From assembly GCA_964606255.1 (NCBI GenBank), contig CAZSFS010000002.1:1-44203 (forward strand): 44,203 nucleotides of DNA, given 5' to 3'. This document shows positions 7,070-14,801 of the stretch, piece after piece. The stretch is from an uncultured Candidatus Saccharibacteria bacterium. GTDB taxonomy: Bacteria > Patescibacteriota > Minisyncoccia > Phycocordibacterales > CSBR16-119. Numbering within the stretch: position 1 is the stretch's first letter; every line of letters starts with the position of its first letter. Below the pieces are notes generated by a model. It was not told the origin of the DNA. It saw nothing but the letters and a program-made list of their open reading frames with translations, and did not search any database. A program made the position numbers and the translations under genes.

Positions 7070-7480
7070 ATGTTAAAAGAATTTAAAGAGTTTGCATTGA
7101 AGGGCAATATGATCGACTTGGCTGTCGGTATTATTATCGGTGGAGCCTTTGGAACGGTTGTGAAGTCGCTTGTCGACGACGTGATTATGCCGGTCGTTTC
7201 TGGAGTTTTAAAGTTACCAGATTTTAGTAATTTATTTTTAGTGCTTCGCAATCCAACTGATGCCACATTTTCATCTCTCAGTGCAGCGAGAGAAGCAGGT
7301 GCTTCAGTTTTGGCGATAGGGAATTTCATAAATGCGTTTATTGCTTTTTTGTTGGTCGCGTTCGCTTTGTTTTTGGTTATCAAAGGCATGAACAAGTTCA
7401 AGAAACAACAAGCCGCTTTGCCTGCTGGTCCGACAGAACTGGAAGTACTCCAAGAAATTCGAGATTTGCTTAAGAAATAA
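7070..7480 (+). CDS. mscL: Large-conductance mechanosensitive channel
   Basis: 'MLKEFKEFALKGNMIDLAVGIIIGGAFGTVVKSLVDDVIMPVV' is the canonical MscL N-terminus and TM1. The protein is 136 aa. Confidence 0.93.
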   Translation: MLKEFKEFALKGNMIDLAVGIIIGGAFGTVVKSLVDDVIMPVVSGVLKLPDFSNLFLVLRNPTDATFSSLSAAREAGASVLAIGNFINAFIAFLLVAFALFLVIKGMNKFKKQQAALPAGPTELEVLQEIRDLLKK

Positions 7481-7483
7481 TTC

Positions 7484-8083
7484 ATGTTTACACTTCCAAA
7501 ATTAAATTACACATATGACGCTCTTGAGCCTCACATCGATGCGACTACGATGGAAATTCACCATACGAAACATCATCAAGCGTATATCGATAAATTAAAT
7601 AAAGCTATCACAGAAACCGAGTGGGCGGACAAATCTTTGGAAGAAATTTTGGCAAACGTTTCAAAGCTTGAACGACTTGTTAGAAACAACGCCGGCGGAC
7701 ATTGGAACCACAGTTTCTTTTGGACAATACTTGGACCAAACGTCGGAGGTGGTCCGTCAGGCGAACTATTAGAGAAAATAAATGCAACGTTTGGTAGCTT
7801 CGAAGAATTCAAAAATAAATTTACGGAATCAGCGACAACGCTTTTCGGTTCGGGTTGGGTGTGGCTCATAGTTCAAGATGGAAATTTGAAAATTATCCAA
7901 ACGCCACTTCAGGACAATCCACTCATGGATGATGCGAAAGAAAAAGGCATACCGATCTTGGGACTCGACGTTTGGGAGCATGCGTATTATCTGAAATATC
8001 AAAATAAACGACCAGACTACATTACCGCTTTCTGGAATGTTGTTAATTGGGAAAAAGTTTCAGAACTCTATGGATCTCGATAA
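7484..8083 (+). CDS. sod: Fe/Mn superoxide dismutase
   Basis: '[36 protein letters not shown]', '[10 protein letters not shown]' and '[21 protein letters not shown]' are present. I did not decide between Fe and Mn specificity. Confidence 0.93.
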   Translation: MFTLPKLNYTYDALEPHIDATTMEIHHTKHHQAYIDKLNKAITETEWADKSLEEILANVSKLERLVRNNAGGHWNHSFFWTILGPNVGGGPSGELLEKINATFGSFEEFKNKFTESATTLFGSGWVWLIVQDGNLKIIQTPLQDNPLMDDAKEKGIPILGLDVWEHAYYLKYQNKRPDYITAFWNVVNWEKVSELYGSR

Positions 8084-8465
8084 AAGAAAAGAAGAATTAT
8101 CTGATCTCGAACGGGAAGTAACCCAGAATAAGGGAACCGAAGTGCCTTTTACGGGTGAACATTGGGATAGGAAAGACGAGGGGGGATATTCTTGTAAGGT
8201 TTGCGGGCAAATGCTTTTTACATCTGATACGAAGCTTGATTCAAGTGTCGGTCCTACCGGACTTCAAGGCTGGCCGGCTTTTGATCAGGCAATTCCAGGA
8301 ACTGTGAAATATCAAGACGACGACAGTGCAGGAATGCATCGTACTGAAGCGATCTGCTCAAACTGTGGGGCACACCTCGGACATCTTTTTCCAGATGATA
8401 CCAAGACTGGTGACCACTTGTGTATCAATTCCTGTTCGCTTGATTTTAAGCCGAAAGGAGAGTAA
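8070..8465 (+). CDS. msrB: Peptide-methionine (R)-S-oxide reductase MsrB
   Basis: The ATG at 8070 overlaps the sod 3' end by 14 nt. Zn-site CxxC pairs occur in 'CKVCGQMLF' and '[12 protein letters not shown]'. 'GWPAF' and the catalytic Cys in 'HLCINSCSL' are present. Confidence 0.85.
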   Translation: MDLDKRKEELSDLEREVTQNKGTEVPFTGEHWDRKDEGGYSCKVCGQMLFTSDTKLDSSVGPTGLQGWPAFDQAIPGTVKYQDDDSAGMHRTEAICSNCGAHLGHLFPDDTKTGDHLCINSCSLDFKPKGE

Positions 8466-8474
8466 AAATAGCAC

Positions 8475-10427
8475 ATGAAATCCTACGACTTCCTAAAAAA
8501 CATCAACAAAAAAATTCGTCCCGGCGACGATTTTTTCTCGTACGTAAATAGTAATTGGATAAAAAGGAATCCAATCCCGGCAGACCGTAGTCGTTGGGCC
8601 ATCTTTAATGTTCTGGCTGACGATGTACACAGGTCATTAAAGGGAATTCTTGATTCAATAGTTTTATCTTCAAAAATAAATGAAGAACAGAAAAAATTAC
8701 GAGACTTATTTTTATCCGGAATGAATGAGAAGAAATTAAATTCCGAAGGTGCAAAACCTATAAAAAGTCTGATTACAGGTATAGAAACAATTGATAAAAA
8801 AAATGTTATTGAAATTATTTCACAGCTACATAAATGTGGAATACATTCTTTCTGGGGACTTTACTTGGATTACGACGACAAAGATAGCTCTCAATATATT
8901 TTAAGGATTGGACAATCAGGGCTCAGTTTACCAGATCGAGAATATTATTTAGCCGAAGACAAAAAGTCCAAGGAAATTAGAAAAAAATATTTACATTCAA
9001 TTTTGTCTTTATCTAAACTTTCAGGATTTCCTATTACAAAAAAGGAGGCAGACGCCATATTGGAGATCGAAACAAGATTAGCTAGAGCCTCGCTTTCTAG
9101 GGTTGAAATTCGAGACGCTAACAAGCAATATAATGAATTTAATTTATTTAAACTAACAAAGATCTCATCAAAAATTGGTTGGGAAAAATATTTTAAAAAA
9201 CTTGGTTTTAAAAAAGATCTACTAAATAAATTTTTAGTAAACCACCCAACTTTTATTAAAGAAGTAAATAATATTTTAGAAAACTCTTCCCTAGATAATC
9301 TCAAAGTTTATCTCAAGTGGCGTACCATAGTCGATTCAGTCGGGTATCTAAGCGAAAAATTAGTAAAGGAGAGGTTTAAATTTTTTGGCAAAGTTTTATC
9401 TGGCGCGGAAAAAATAATCCCAAGATGGAAACGCACACTATTAGAAATTGATCACACTCTAGGAGATGTTCTGGGAAAACTATACGTTGAAAAATTCTTT
9501 CCATCAGAAGCTAAAAAAAGAATGAATTCAATGATAGATGATATTTTTGAGGCCTATAAAGAACGTATAAAAAACTTAGATTGGATGTCTCCCAAAACTA
9601 AAAAAAGAGCTTTACAAAAGCTGTCTCTAATTGATCGAAAAATTGGCTATACTAGTAAGTGGGAAAATTATTCTTCTCTAAAAGTTGGAAATTCTTATAT
9701 AGAAAATCATTGGCAATCAGAAGAATTTTATCTAAGAAAAATGATTAAAAAACTGACTAAAAAGAAAGTAGATCGTCGTGAGTGGCACATGTCAGCGCCG
9801 ACGGTGAATGCCTACTATTCGCCAAACATGAATGAAATAGTATTTCCTGCAGGAATTTTGCAGCCCCCATCTTTTGACCTACACGCAACCGACGCAATGA
9901 ATTATGGTGGAATAGGTTCTGTCATTGGTCACGAATTAACCCATGGTTTCGATGATGAAGGAAGTAAATTCGATCACAGGGGTAATTTAATAGAATGGTG
10001 GACAAAAAAAGACAGAAAGTTGTTTACTGAAAAAGCTAAAAATCTTGTTAAACAATATGATGCCTGTGAGGTCTTACCAGGAAGATTTTGTAATGGAAAA
10101 TTAACACTAGGTGAGAACATTGCTGACTTAGGAGGGCTCACGATTGCATTTGATGCTTTCAAACGCAGAATGAAAAAACAAACCAAAGGTGAAATCATAA
10201 ATGGATTTACACCAGAACAGCAATTTTTTATTGCTTGGGCTCGTGAATGGTCTGGTAGTATAAGAGAAGGTCAAGCGATCCAATATTTAATTACCGACCC
10301 ACATTCTCCGTTAGAACTTCGCGTCAATCAAGTCGTGAATAATCTTGATGCTTTTTACGAAGCTTTTGATGTTAAACCAGGCGACAAACTCTATCGAAAA
10401 CCCAAGGACCGAGTGAAAATCTGGTAG
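8475..10427 (+). CDS. pepO: M13 family zinc metallopeptidase (neprilysin / PepO-like)
   Basis: 'VIGHELTHGFDDEG' carries HExxH and 'LGENIADLGG' carries ENxADxGG. 'NAYYSPNMNEIVFPAGILQPP' and the C-terminal '..RVKIW' are present. This gene is markedly more AT-rich than its neighbours. Confidence 0.88.
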   Translation: MKSYDFLKNINKKIRPGDDFFSYVNSNWIKRNPIPADRSRWAIFNVLADDVHRSLKGILDSIVLSSKINEEQKKLRDLFLSGMNEKKLNSEGAKPIKSLITGIETIDKKNVIEIISQLHKCGIHSFWGLYLDYDDKDSSQYILRIGQSGLSLPDREYYLAEDKKSKEIRKKYLHSILSLSKLSGFPITKKEADAILEIETRLARASLSRVEIRDANKQYNEFNLFKLTKISSKIGWEKYFKKLGFKKDLLNKFLVNHPTFIKEVNNILENSSLDNLKVYLKWRTIVDSVGYLSEKLVKERFKFFGKVLSGAEKIIPRWKRTLLEIDHTLGDVLGKLYVEKFFPSEAKKRMNSMIDDIFEAYKERIKNLDWMSPKTKKRALQKLSLIDRKIGYTSKWENYSSLKVGNSYIENHWQSEEFYLRKMIKKLTKKKVDRREWHMSAPTVNAYYSPNMNEIVFPAGILQPPSFDLHATDAMNYGGIGSVIGHELTHGFDDEGSKFDHRGNLIEWWTKKDRKLFTEKAKNLVKQYDACEVLPGRFCNGKLTLGENIADLGGLTIAFDAFKRRMKKQTKGEIINGFTPEQQFFIAWAREWSGSIREGQAIQYLITDPHSPLELRVNQVVNNLDAFYEAFDVKPGDKLYRKPKDRVKIW

Positions 10428-10454
10428 ATTTCTGGAAGCTTTGAAATAAAAATA

Positions 10455-10499
10455 CGCAGGGCCGGCATGGAGCCGGCCCTTTGCGTCTTTGTGTTTTTT
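10455..10499. terminator. Bidirectional terminator between the M13 peptidase gene (+) and the 59-aa ORF (-)
   Basis: The hairpin is CGCAGGGCCGGC-ATGGA-GCCGGCCCTTTGCG. A T-rich tract follows on the + strand and an A-rich tract precedes it, which gives a T-run on the - strand. Confidence 0.7.
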
Positions 10500-10503
10500 A
10501 CCT

Positions 10504-10683
10504 TCAACGGTAGCCCTGGATGTAGGCGTTAGCGATGATATCGCTTTCACGGATTAGGTCCATGGCGATCTGTAAGATCATTTCGTTGAGCTCCTCATCT
10601 GTGCAGTGGTTCAAGCTTATGTGTTTATGTGCTGGTTTGTGCTTGCTTGTTTCGATGAAGGTAACCTTTTCTTTCTTGGTCAT
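10504..10683 (-). CDS. Hypothetical 59-aa protein (below the ORF-track cutoff)
   Basis: The minus-strand ATG is at 10683 and the TGA at 10504-10506. The translation is MTKKEKVTFIETSKHKPAHKHISLNHCTDEELNEMILQIAMDLIRESDIIANAYIQGYR. It has its own promoter and a downstream terminator. I recognise no family. Confidence 0.45.
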   Translation of the reverse strand: MTKKEKVTFIETSKHKPAHKHISLNHCTDEELNEMILQIAMDLIRESDIIANAYIQGYR

Positions 10684-10701
10684 GGTCGCGAGTTTTGTCT
10701 C

Positions 10702-10730
10702 AGATTACCCCAAGAAAAAGCCTTTGTAAA
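10702..10730 (-). promoter_or_regulatory. Putative promoter of the 59-aa ORF (TTTACA-17-TAATCT)
   Basis: On the minus strand TTTACA lies at 10730-10725, a 17-nt spacer follows, and TAATCT lies at 10707-10702. Confidence 0.45.
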
Positions 10731-10734
10731 GCCA

Positions 10735-10743
10735 TGCTACAAT
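10735..10743 (+). promoter_or_regulatory. Extended -10 box (TGcTACAAT) 6 nt upstream of the helicase-nuclease ATG
   Basis: The sequence reads TGCTACAAT-gtgtct-ATG(10750). Confidence 0.5.
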
Positions 10744-10749
10744 GTGTCT

Positions 10750-13731
10750 ATGAACAGTTTCGAAACTGGCTATAAAAGGCTAAATAAGGCCCAAAAGGAG
10801 GCTGTGGAGACTATTGACGGACCGGTGATGGTGGTGGCGGGGCCGGGGACTGGAAAGACCCAAATTCTCACTCTTCGCATTGCCAATATTTTACAGAAAA
10901 CGGATACTCCGGCTGACGGAATTCTGTGTCTAACTTTTACCAATTCTGGAGTTTTTGCCATGCGTGAAAGACTGCGGTCATACATTGGCGCTGCGGCCTC
11001 ACGTATACACATTTCGACATTTCACTCGTTCGCCATAAGTATGATCGAGGAATATTACGAAACACTGGATTTTGTCGAGAAGCCAACACTTATCGATGAC
11101 GTGGAATCAGCTCTTCTTTTTGATGCGATTTTGTCTGATCATGAGTGGAAACATCTTCGTACACGCTCCAACAAATCGCTTTATTTTCATGACATCAAAT
11201 CTCTCATTTCTCTTTTAAAACGTGAACGACTCAGTCCAGAAGATTTTAGCATTGAGATCAAAAACGAGATAAAAAATATTCAGAAAGATGAATCAAATAT
11301 ATCGACTCGTGGTGCATCGAAAGGATCTCTTAAACAAGAAGCGATAAAACGCATCGAAGGTTTGGAGCGAACCGAAGAGATTGTGAAATTTTATTCTTTG
11401 TATGAACTTTTGAAAAAGGCCAAAAACTTGCTTGATTTTGATGACGTGCTGGAAGAACTCGTTCGACTAGTCGAAATTTCTGACGATGCTCGCGACACCA
11501 TACGTGAAAAATATCTTTACGTTTTGGTTGATGAACATCAGGACTCAAGCGGTGTGCAAAATGAATTTTTGACTCGTGTCTGGGGCGATGTTGAAAAGCC
11601 AAATGTTTTTGTGGTGGGTGACGATCGTCAGCTTATTTATGGATTTGGTGGAGCGTCACTATCCTACTTTGAAAGTTTCAAAGAATCTTTTGGCGGTGTG
11701 AAATTGATTACCCTTACAGAAAATTATCGTTCAACTCAAAACATTTTAAATACAGCCGATGCACTTTTGAAAAGTTCTCTCGCCGAAGCCAAGCTTTTAT
11801 CGCAATCAAACGAAACCTATCCGCTTCGACTCATTGAAGCCGAGTATCCACGAGATGAGATTTTACGTGCCGGACTTGAGATCAAAGAGAAAATTGAAAA
11901 AGGCACTGATCCAAATGAGTGTGCGATATTAGTTCCTAAAAATAGAGAGGTCCGAAGCGCGGTCAAGATTCTGGGTGACCTAGGGATCCCGGTTGCCTCA
12001 TCGGGCCGAGAAAAGTTTTTTGCTGATCCAGAAGCCGAAAATTTTGTCGATATTTTGAAAACTTTGGATAATCCAGAAACTCCCGAACGCGTAGCCCCAT
12101 TGTTGCTTTCACCGCTTTCCGGAATTTCACCTCTTTCCGCTCATCGATTTTTGAATAGGGAAGATGCGCGTAAACTCACACTTTCGAAACTTCTGAAATT
12201 TAAAAAAGGTGAAAGCGAATACGAAGAAGATGATGAGATTGGTGAATTTGCTGAACTCTTGGCTTCTTGGCTTGTGTGTGCAAACGCTGGCGATATTCAT
12301 GTTTTGATACAAAAAATTGGTGAAGAACTTCTAATTAAAAATTCCAAAGATCACGAGACTCTGACCCGACGTGTTGAAATCATTCGAACACTTATACATT
12401 TAGCGCTTTCACAGATCGAGCGTAACCCTCGGATAAATCTATCGCAATTTTTAGATTTTATTGACAGACTTCGTGAATATGACACCGATATTCCAATGGC
12501 GACTTTTGAATCTGATCACGGAGTAAAAGTCATGACGCTTCACGCCTCCAAAGGTTTGGAGTTCGAGTGTGTTTATATCGCACATCTCGATGAGAAAAAT
12601 CTTCTAGGAAAACGTCGAAGCGGTTTTACTTTGCCCGAGCGCGTAAAAGAGTTGGAACATAAAAAGGGAGAAGAAGAAATGAAACGAGAACTTTATGTGG
12701 CCATCACTCGCGCCAAAAAGCACGCTACTCTTTCGTATTCACTTTACAATCACAGCGGCGCGCCACTTGAAGTTGCACACATCGTAAATGACTTGCCAGG
12801 AGAATTGCTTGAAAAAATCTCGGCTAGTGAAAATGAAAAATTCATTATGGGTTCTGGGATAGAAACTTTTGTTCGTTCAGGAGAGCGCGTGTACGATTCG
12901 GTTACGGCTGGTAAATTGGCCGAGATGCTAAAAAATGAATATTACAAACGTCGGCTCTCGGTTACACACCTCAACAACTTTTTTGAGTGTCCGTGGAAAT
13001 GGTATTTCCGAAACTTTTTACAACTTCCTGAGCCAAAAACCTTGCCGCTTGAATTTGGAAATGTTGTGCACGGAGTACTTGAACGAATTTTGAAAAATAA
13101 ATTATCGACAGATAAGAAATCAGTAACTGAAGCGATTACTGAAAAAGCCGATCGTTTATCTGGATTTTCCGACAAAGAAATTGAAGGAATCAAAAAAGAC
13201 GCGAGCGATGTGGTTTTTGCTTGGATAGAACGTGAACTTCCAAAAATTTTAGAAGAACACAAGAGTGAAGAATCTATTACCGTTCACGATTTGGGATTTG
13301 AGCATTTGGAGATTAATGGAAAAATCGATCTTGTTGAGCAAATCGAAGAGGGGGTTCTCCGTCTAACAGATTTCAAAACCGGGGGGCTCAAGAAAAAGTC
13401 CGAGATTGAAAAGGAGACAGACGAAGGTCGAATGTCTGACATGATGAGACAACTTGCGATGTATAGTTTTCTGATTGATCGAAAGACGGCCGGAAACGCG
13501 AGTGTCGAAGAATCACGACTTATGTTTGTCGAGCATTTGGATGAAAAAGATTCAGTTTATAAGACTCAAATTACTAGCGATCATGTCCGAAATTTAATTA
13601 AAGATATAGATGATTTTGATCAACTTCTGGCAACCGGAGAGTGGGTCGATCGACCGTGCCGATTCAAGCCATGGAAAAGCGGAGAGGTGTGCGAGTATTG
13701 TAAATTGGCCGAGATTTACAAGAAGAAATAA
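10750..13731 (+). CDS. UvrD/PcrA-type SF1 helicase fused to a C-terminal PD-(D/E)XK nuclease with four Cys (Cas4/AddB-like)
   Basis: Helicase motifs: 'AGPGTGKTQ' (I), 'VLVDEHQDSS' (II), 'TENYRST', 'VMTLHASKGLEF' and 'LYVAITRAKK' (VI). The nuclease module starts at about 12950 and contains 'FFECPWKWYF', 'GKIDLVEQ', 'LTDFKTG', 'QLAMYSF' and 'CRFKPWKSGEVCEYC'. Confidence 0.8.
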   Translation: MNSFETGYKRLNKAQKEAVETIDGPVMVVAGPGTGKTQILTLRIANILQKTDTPADGILCLTFTNSGVFAMRERLRSYIGAAASRIHISTFHSFAISMIEEYYETLDFVEKPTLIDDVESALLFDAILSDHEWKHLRTRSNKSLYFHDIKSLISLLKRERLSPEDFSIEIKNEIKNIQKDESNISTRGASKGSLKQEAIKRIEGLERTEEIVKFYSLYELLKKAKNLLDFDDVLEELVRLVEISDDARDTIREKYLYVLVDEHQDSSGVQNEFLTRVWGDVEKPNVFVVGDDRQLIYGFGGASLSYFESFKESFGGVKLITLTENYRSTQNILNTADALLKSSLAEAKLLSQSNETYPLRLIEAEYPRDEILRAGLEIKEKIEKGTDPNECAILVPKNREVRSAVKILGDLGIPVASSGREKFFADPEAENFVDILKTLDNPETPERVAPLLLSPLSGISPLSAHRFLNREDARKLTLSKLLKFKKGESEYEEDDEIGEFAELLASWLVCANAGDIHVLIQKIGEELLIKNSKDHETLTRRVEIIRTLIHLALSQIERNPRINLSQFLDFIDRLREYDTDIPMATFESDHGVKVMTLHASKGLEFECVYIAHLDEKNLLGKRRSGFTLPERVKELEHKKGEEEMKRELYVAITRAKKHATLSYSLYNHSGAPLEVAHIVNDLPGELLEKISASENEKFIMGSGIETFVRSGERVYDSVTAGKLAEMLKNEYYKRRLSVTHLNNFFECPWKWYFRNFLQLPEPKTLPLEFGNVVHGVLERILKNKLSTDKKSVTEAITEKADRLSGFSDKEIEGIKKDASDVVFAWIERELPKILEEHKSEESITVHDLGFEHLEINGKIDLVEQIEEGVLRLTDFKTGGLKKKSEIEKETDEGRMSDMMRQLAMYSFLIDRKTAGNASVEESRLMFVEHLDEKDSVYKTQITSDHVRNLIKDIDDFDQLLATGEWVDRPCRFKPWKSGEVCEYCKLAEIYKKK

Positions 13732-13733
13732 TT

Positions 13734-13742
13734 TGGTAGTAT
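13734..13742 (+). promoter_or_regulatory. Extended -10 box (TGgTAGTAT) 6 nt upstream of the trhO ATG
   Basis: The sequence reads TGGTAGTAT-ctcgat-ATG(13749). Confidence 0.45.
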
Positions 13743-13748
13743 CTCGAT

Positions 13749-14789
13749 ATGGTTAAAAACGCCAATACCAAATCAAAAGCTGAACTCCTGGCCCAGATTG
13801 AAAGGGAAGATTTTCGTCGGAAAACTTTGTCTTTCTATAAATACGTCAAAATCACTAATCCAAAGGCGATGCGAGATTTTCTGTTTGAGAACTTCGAAAA
13901 ACTTGGATGTTTGGGGCGAATTTATGTTGCACACGAGGGCATAAATGCCCAGATGAATGTTCCAGAACCAAAATGGGATGAGTTTAATAATTTTATCCAA
14001 TCAATTCCAGAATTTGCCGGCGTACCGTTTAAGATCGCGGTGGAGGAAAAAGGGAAATCGTCTTTTTTGAAATTGATCGTAAAAGTTAGAAATAAAATTG
14101 TTGCGGACGGTATTGATGATCCGACGTTTGATCCGGGAAATACTGGCGAATATGCGACTGCCGAAGAGGCAAACGCAATGATTGATAGAGGTGCCACTGT
14201 TATTGATATGAGAAATCTTTATGAGGCAACCATCGGACATTTTGAAAATGCAAAGATAATGGAGGTGGATACTTTCCGTGAGCAGTTAGCCAAAGTCAAA
14301 GACATGTTCAAAGACGACAAAGATGAAGAAGTCCTGCTCTACTGTACTGGTGGAATTCGCTGTGAAAAGGCTTCGGCCTGGATGAAGCATAATGGATTTA
14401 AAAATGTAAAACACATAAAAGGTGGCGTGATCGATTATGCACATCAAGTTAAAGAAAAAGGTTTGCCAAATAAATTTAAAGGCAAAAATTTCGTTTTTGA
14501 TGAAAGATTGGGTGAGAGAATTGGAAATGAAATTATTTCAGATTGTCAGATCTGTTACAAAGAAAAGTGCGATGACTATATTCATTGCAAGAATCAGTTT
14601 TGCCACACCCTGTTTATTTGTTGTCCGAAATGCATTGCCAAACTTGATGGATACTGTTCGCGAGTGTGTTTGGTGGCCGACAAACTTCCCAAATCTCTAA
14701 ATAAGTTTTTCATTCGTGCCGATAGACAAAAGCACAAGAATCAATACAAGAAAAATTACAAGAGATCAAAAACAATTGTCCGCGATTAG
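13749..14789 (+). CDS. trhO: Rhodanese-domain protein of the UPF0176/YceA family (tRNA uridine(34) hydroxylase TrhO)
   Basis: 'LSFYKYVKITNPKAMRDFL...GRIYVAHEGINAQMNVP' is present. The rhodanese active-site loop appears as 'LLYCTGGIRCEKASAWMK'. The C-terminal tail is Cys-rich. Confidence 0.8.
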   Translation: MVKNANTKSKAELLAQIEREDFRRKTLSFYKYVKITNPKAMRDFLFENFEKLGCLGRIYVAHEGINAQMNVPEPKWDEFNNFIQSIPEFAGVPFKIAVEEKGKSSFLKLIVKVRNKIVADGIDDPTFDPGNTGEYATAEEANAMIDRGATVIDMRNLYEATIGHFENAKIMEVDTFREQLAKVKDMFKDDKDEEVLLYCTGGIRCEKASAWMKHNGFKNVKHIKGGVIDYAHQVKEKGLPNKFKGKNFVFDERLGERIGNEIISDCQICYKEKCDDYIHCKNQFCHTLFICCPKCIAKLDGYCSRVCLVADKLPKSLNKFFIRADRQKHKNQYKKNYKRSKTIVRD

Positions 14790-14800
14790 CGGACAATTGT
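14772..14800. terminator. Bidirectional terminator hairpin shared by the convergent trhO and protease genes
   Basis: A 12-bp perfect stem, ACAATTGTCCGC-GATTA-GCGGACAATTGT, is followed by TTTTA. It overlaps the trhO stop codon. Confidence 0.7.
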
Positions 14801-14801
14801 T

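Noticed and set aside
7057-7485. A 142-aa ORF lies antisense to mscL.
   Set aside because: It is fully contained within, and opposite to, the very well supported mscL gene. The sequence is low-complexity with no motifs.
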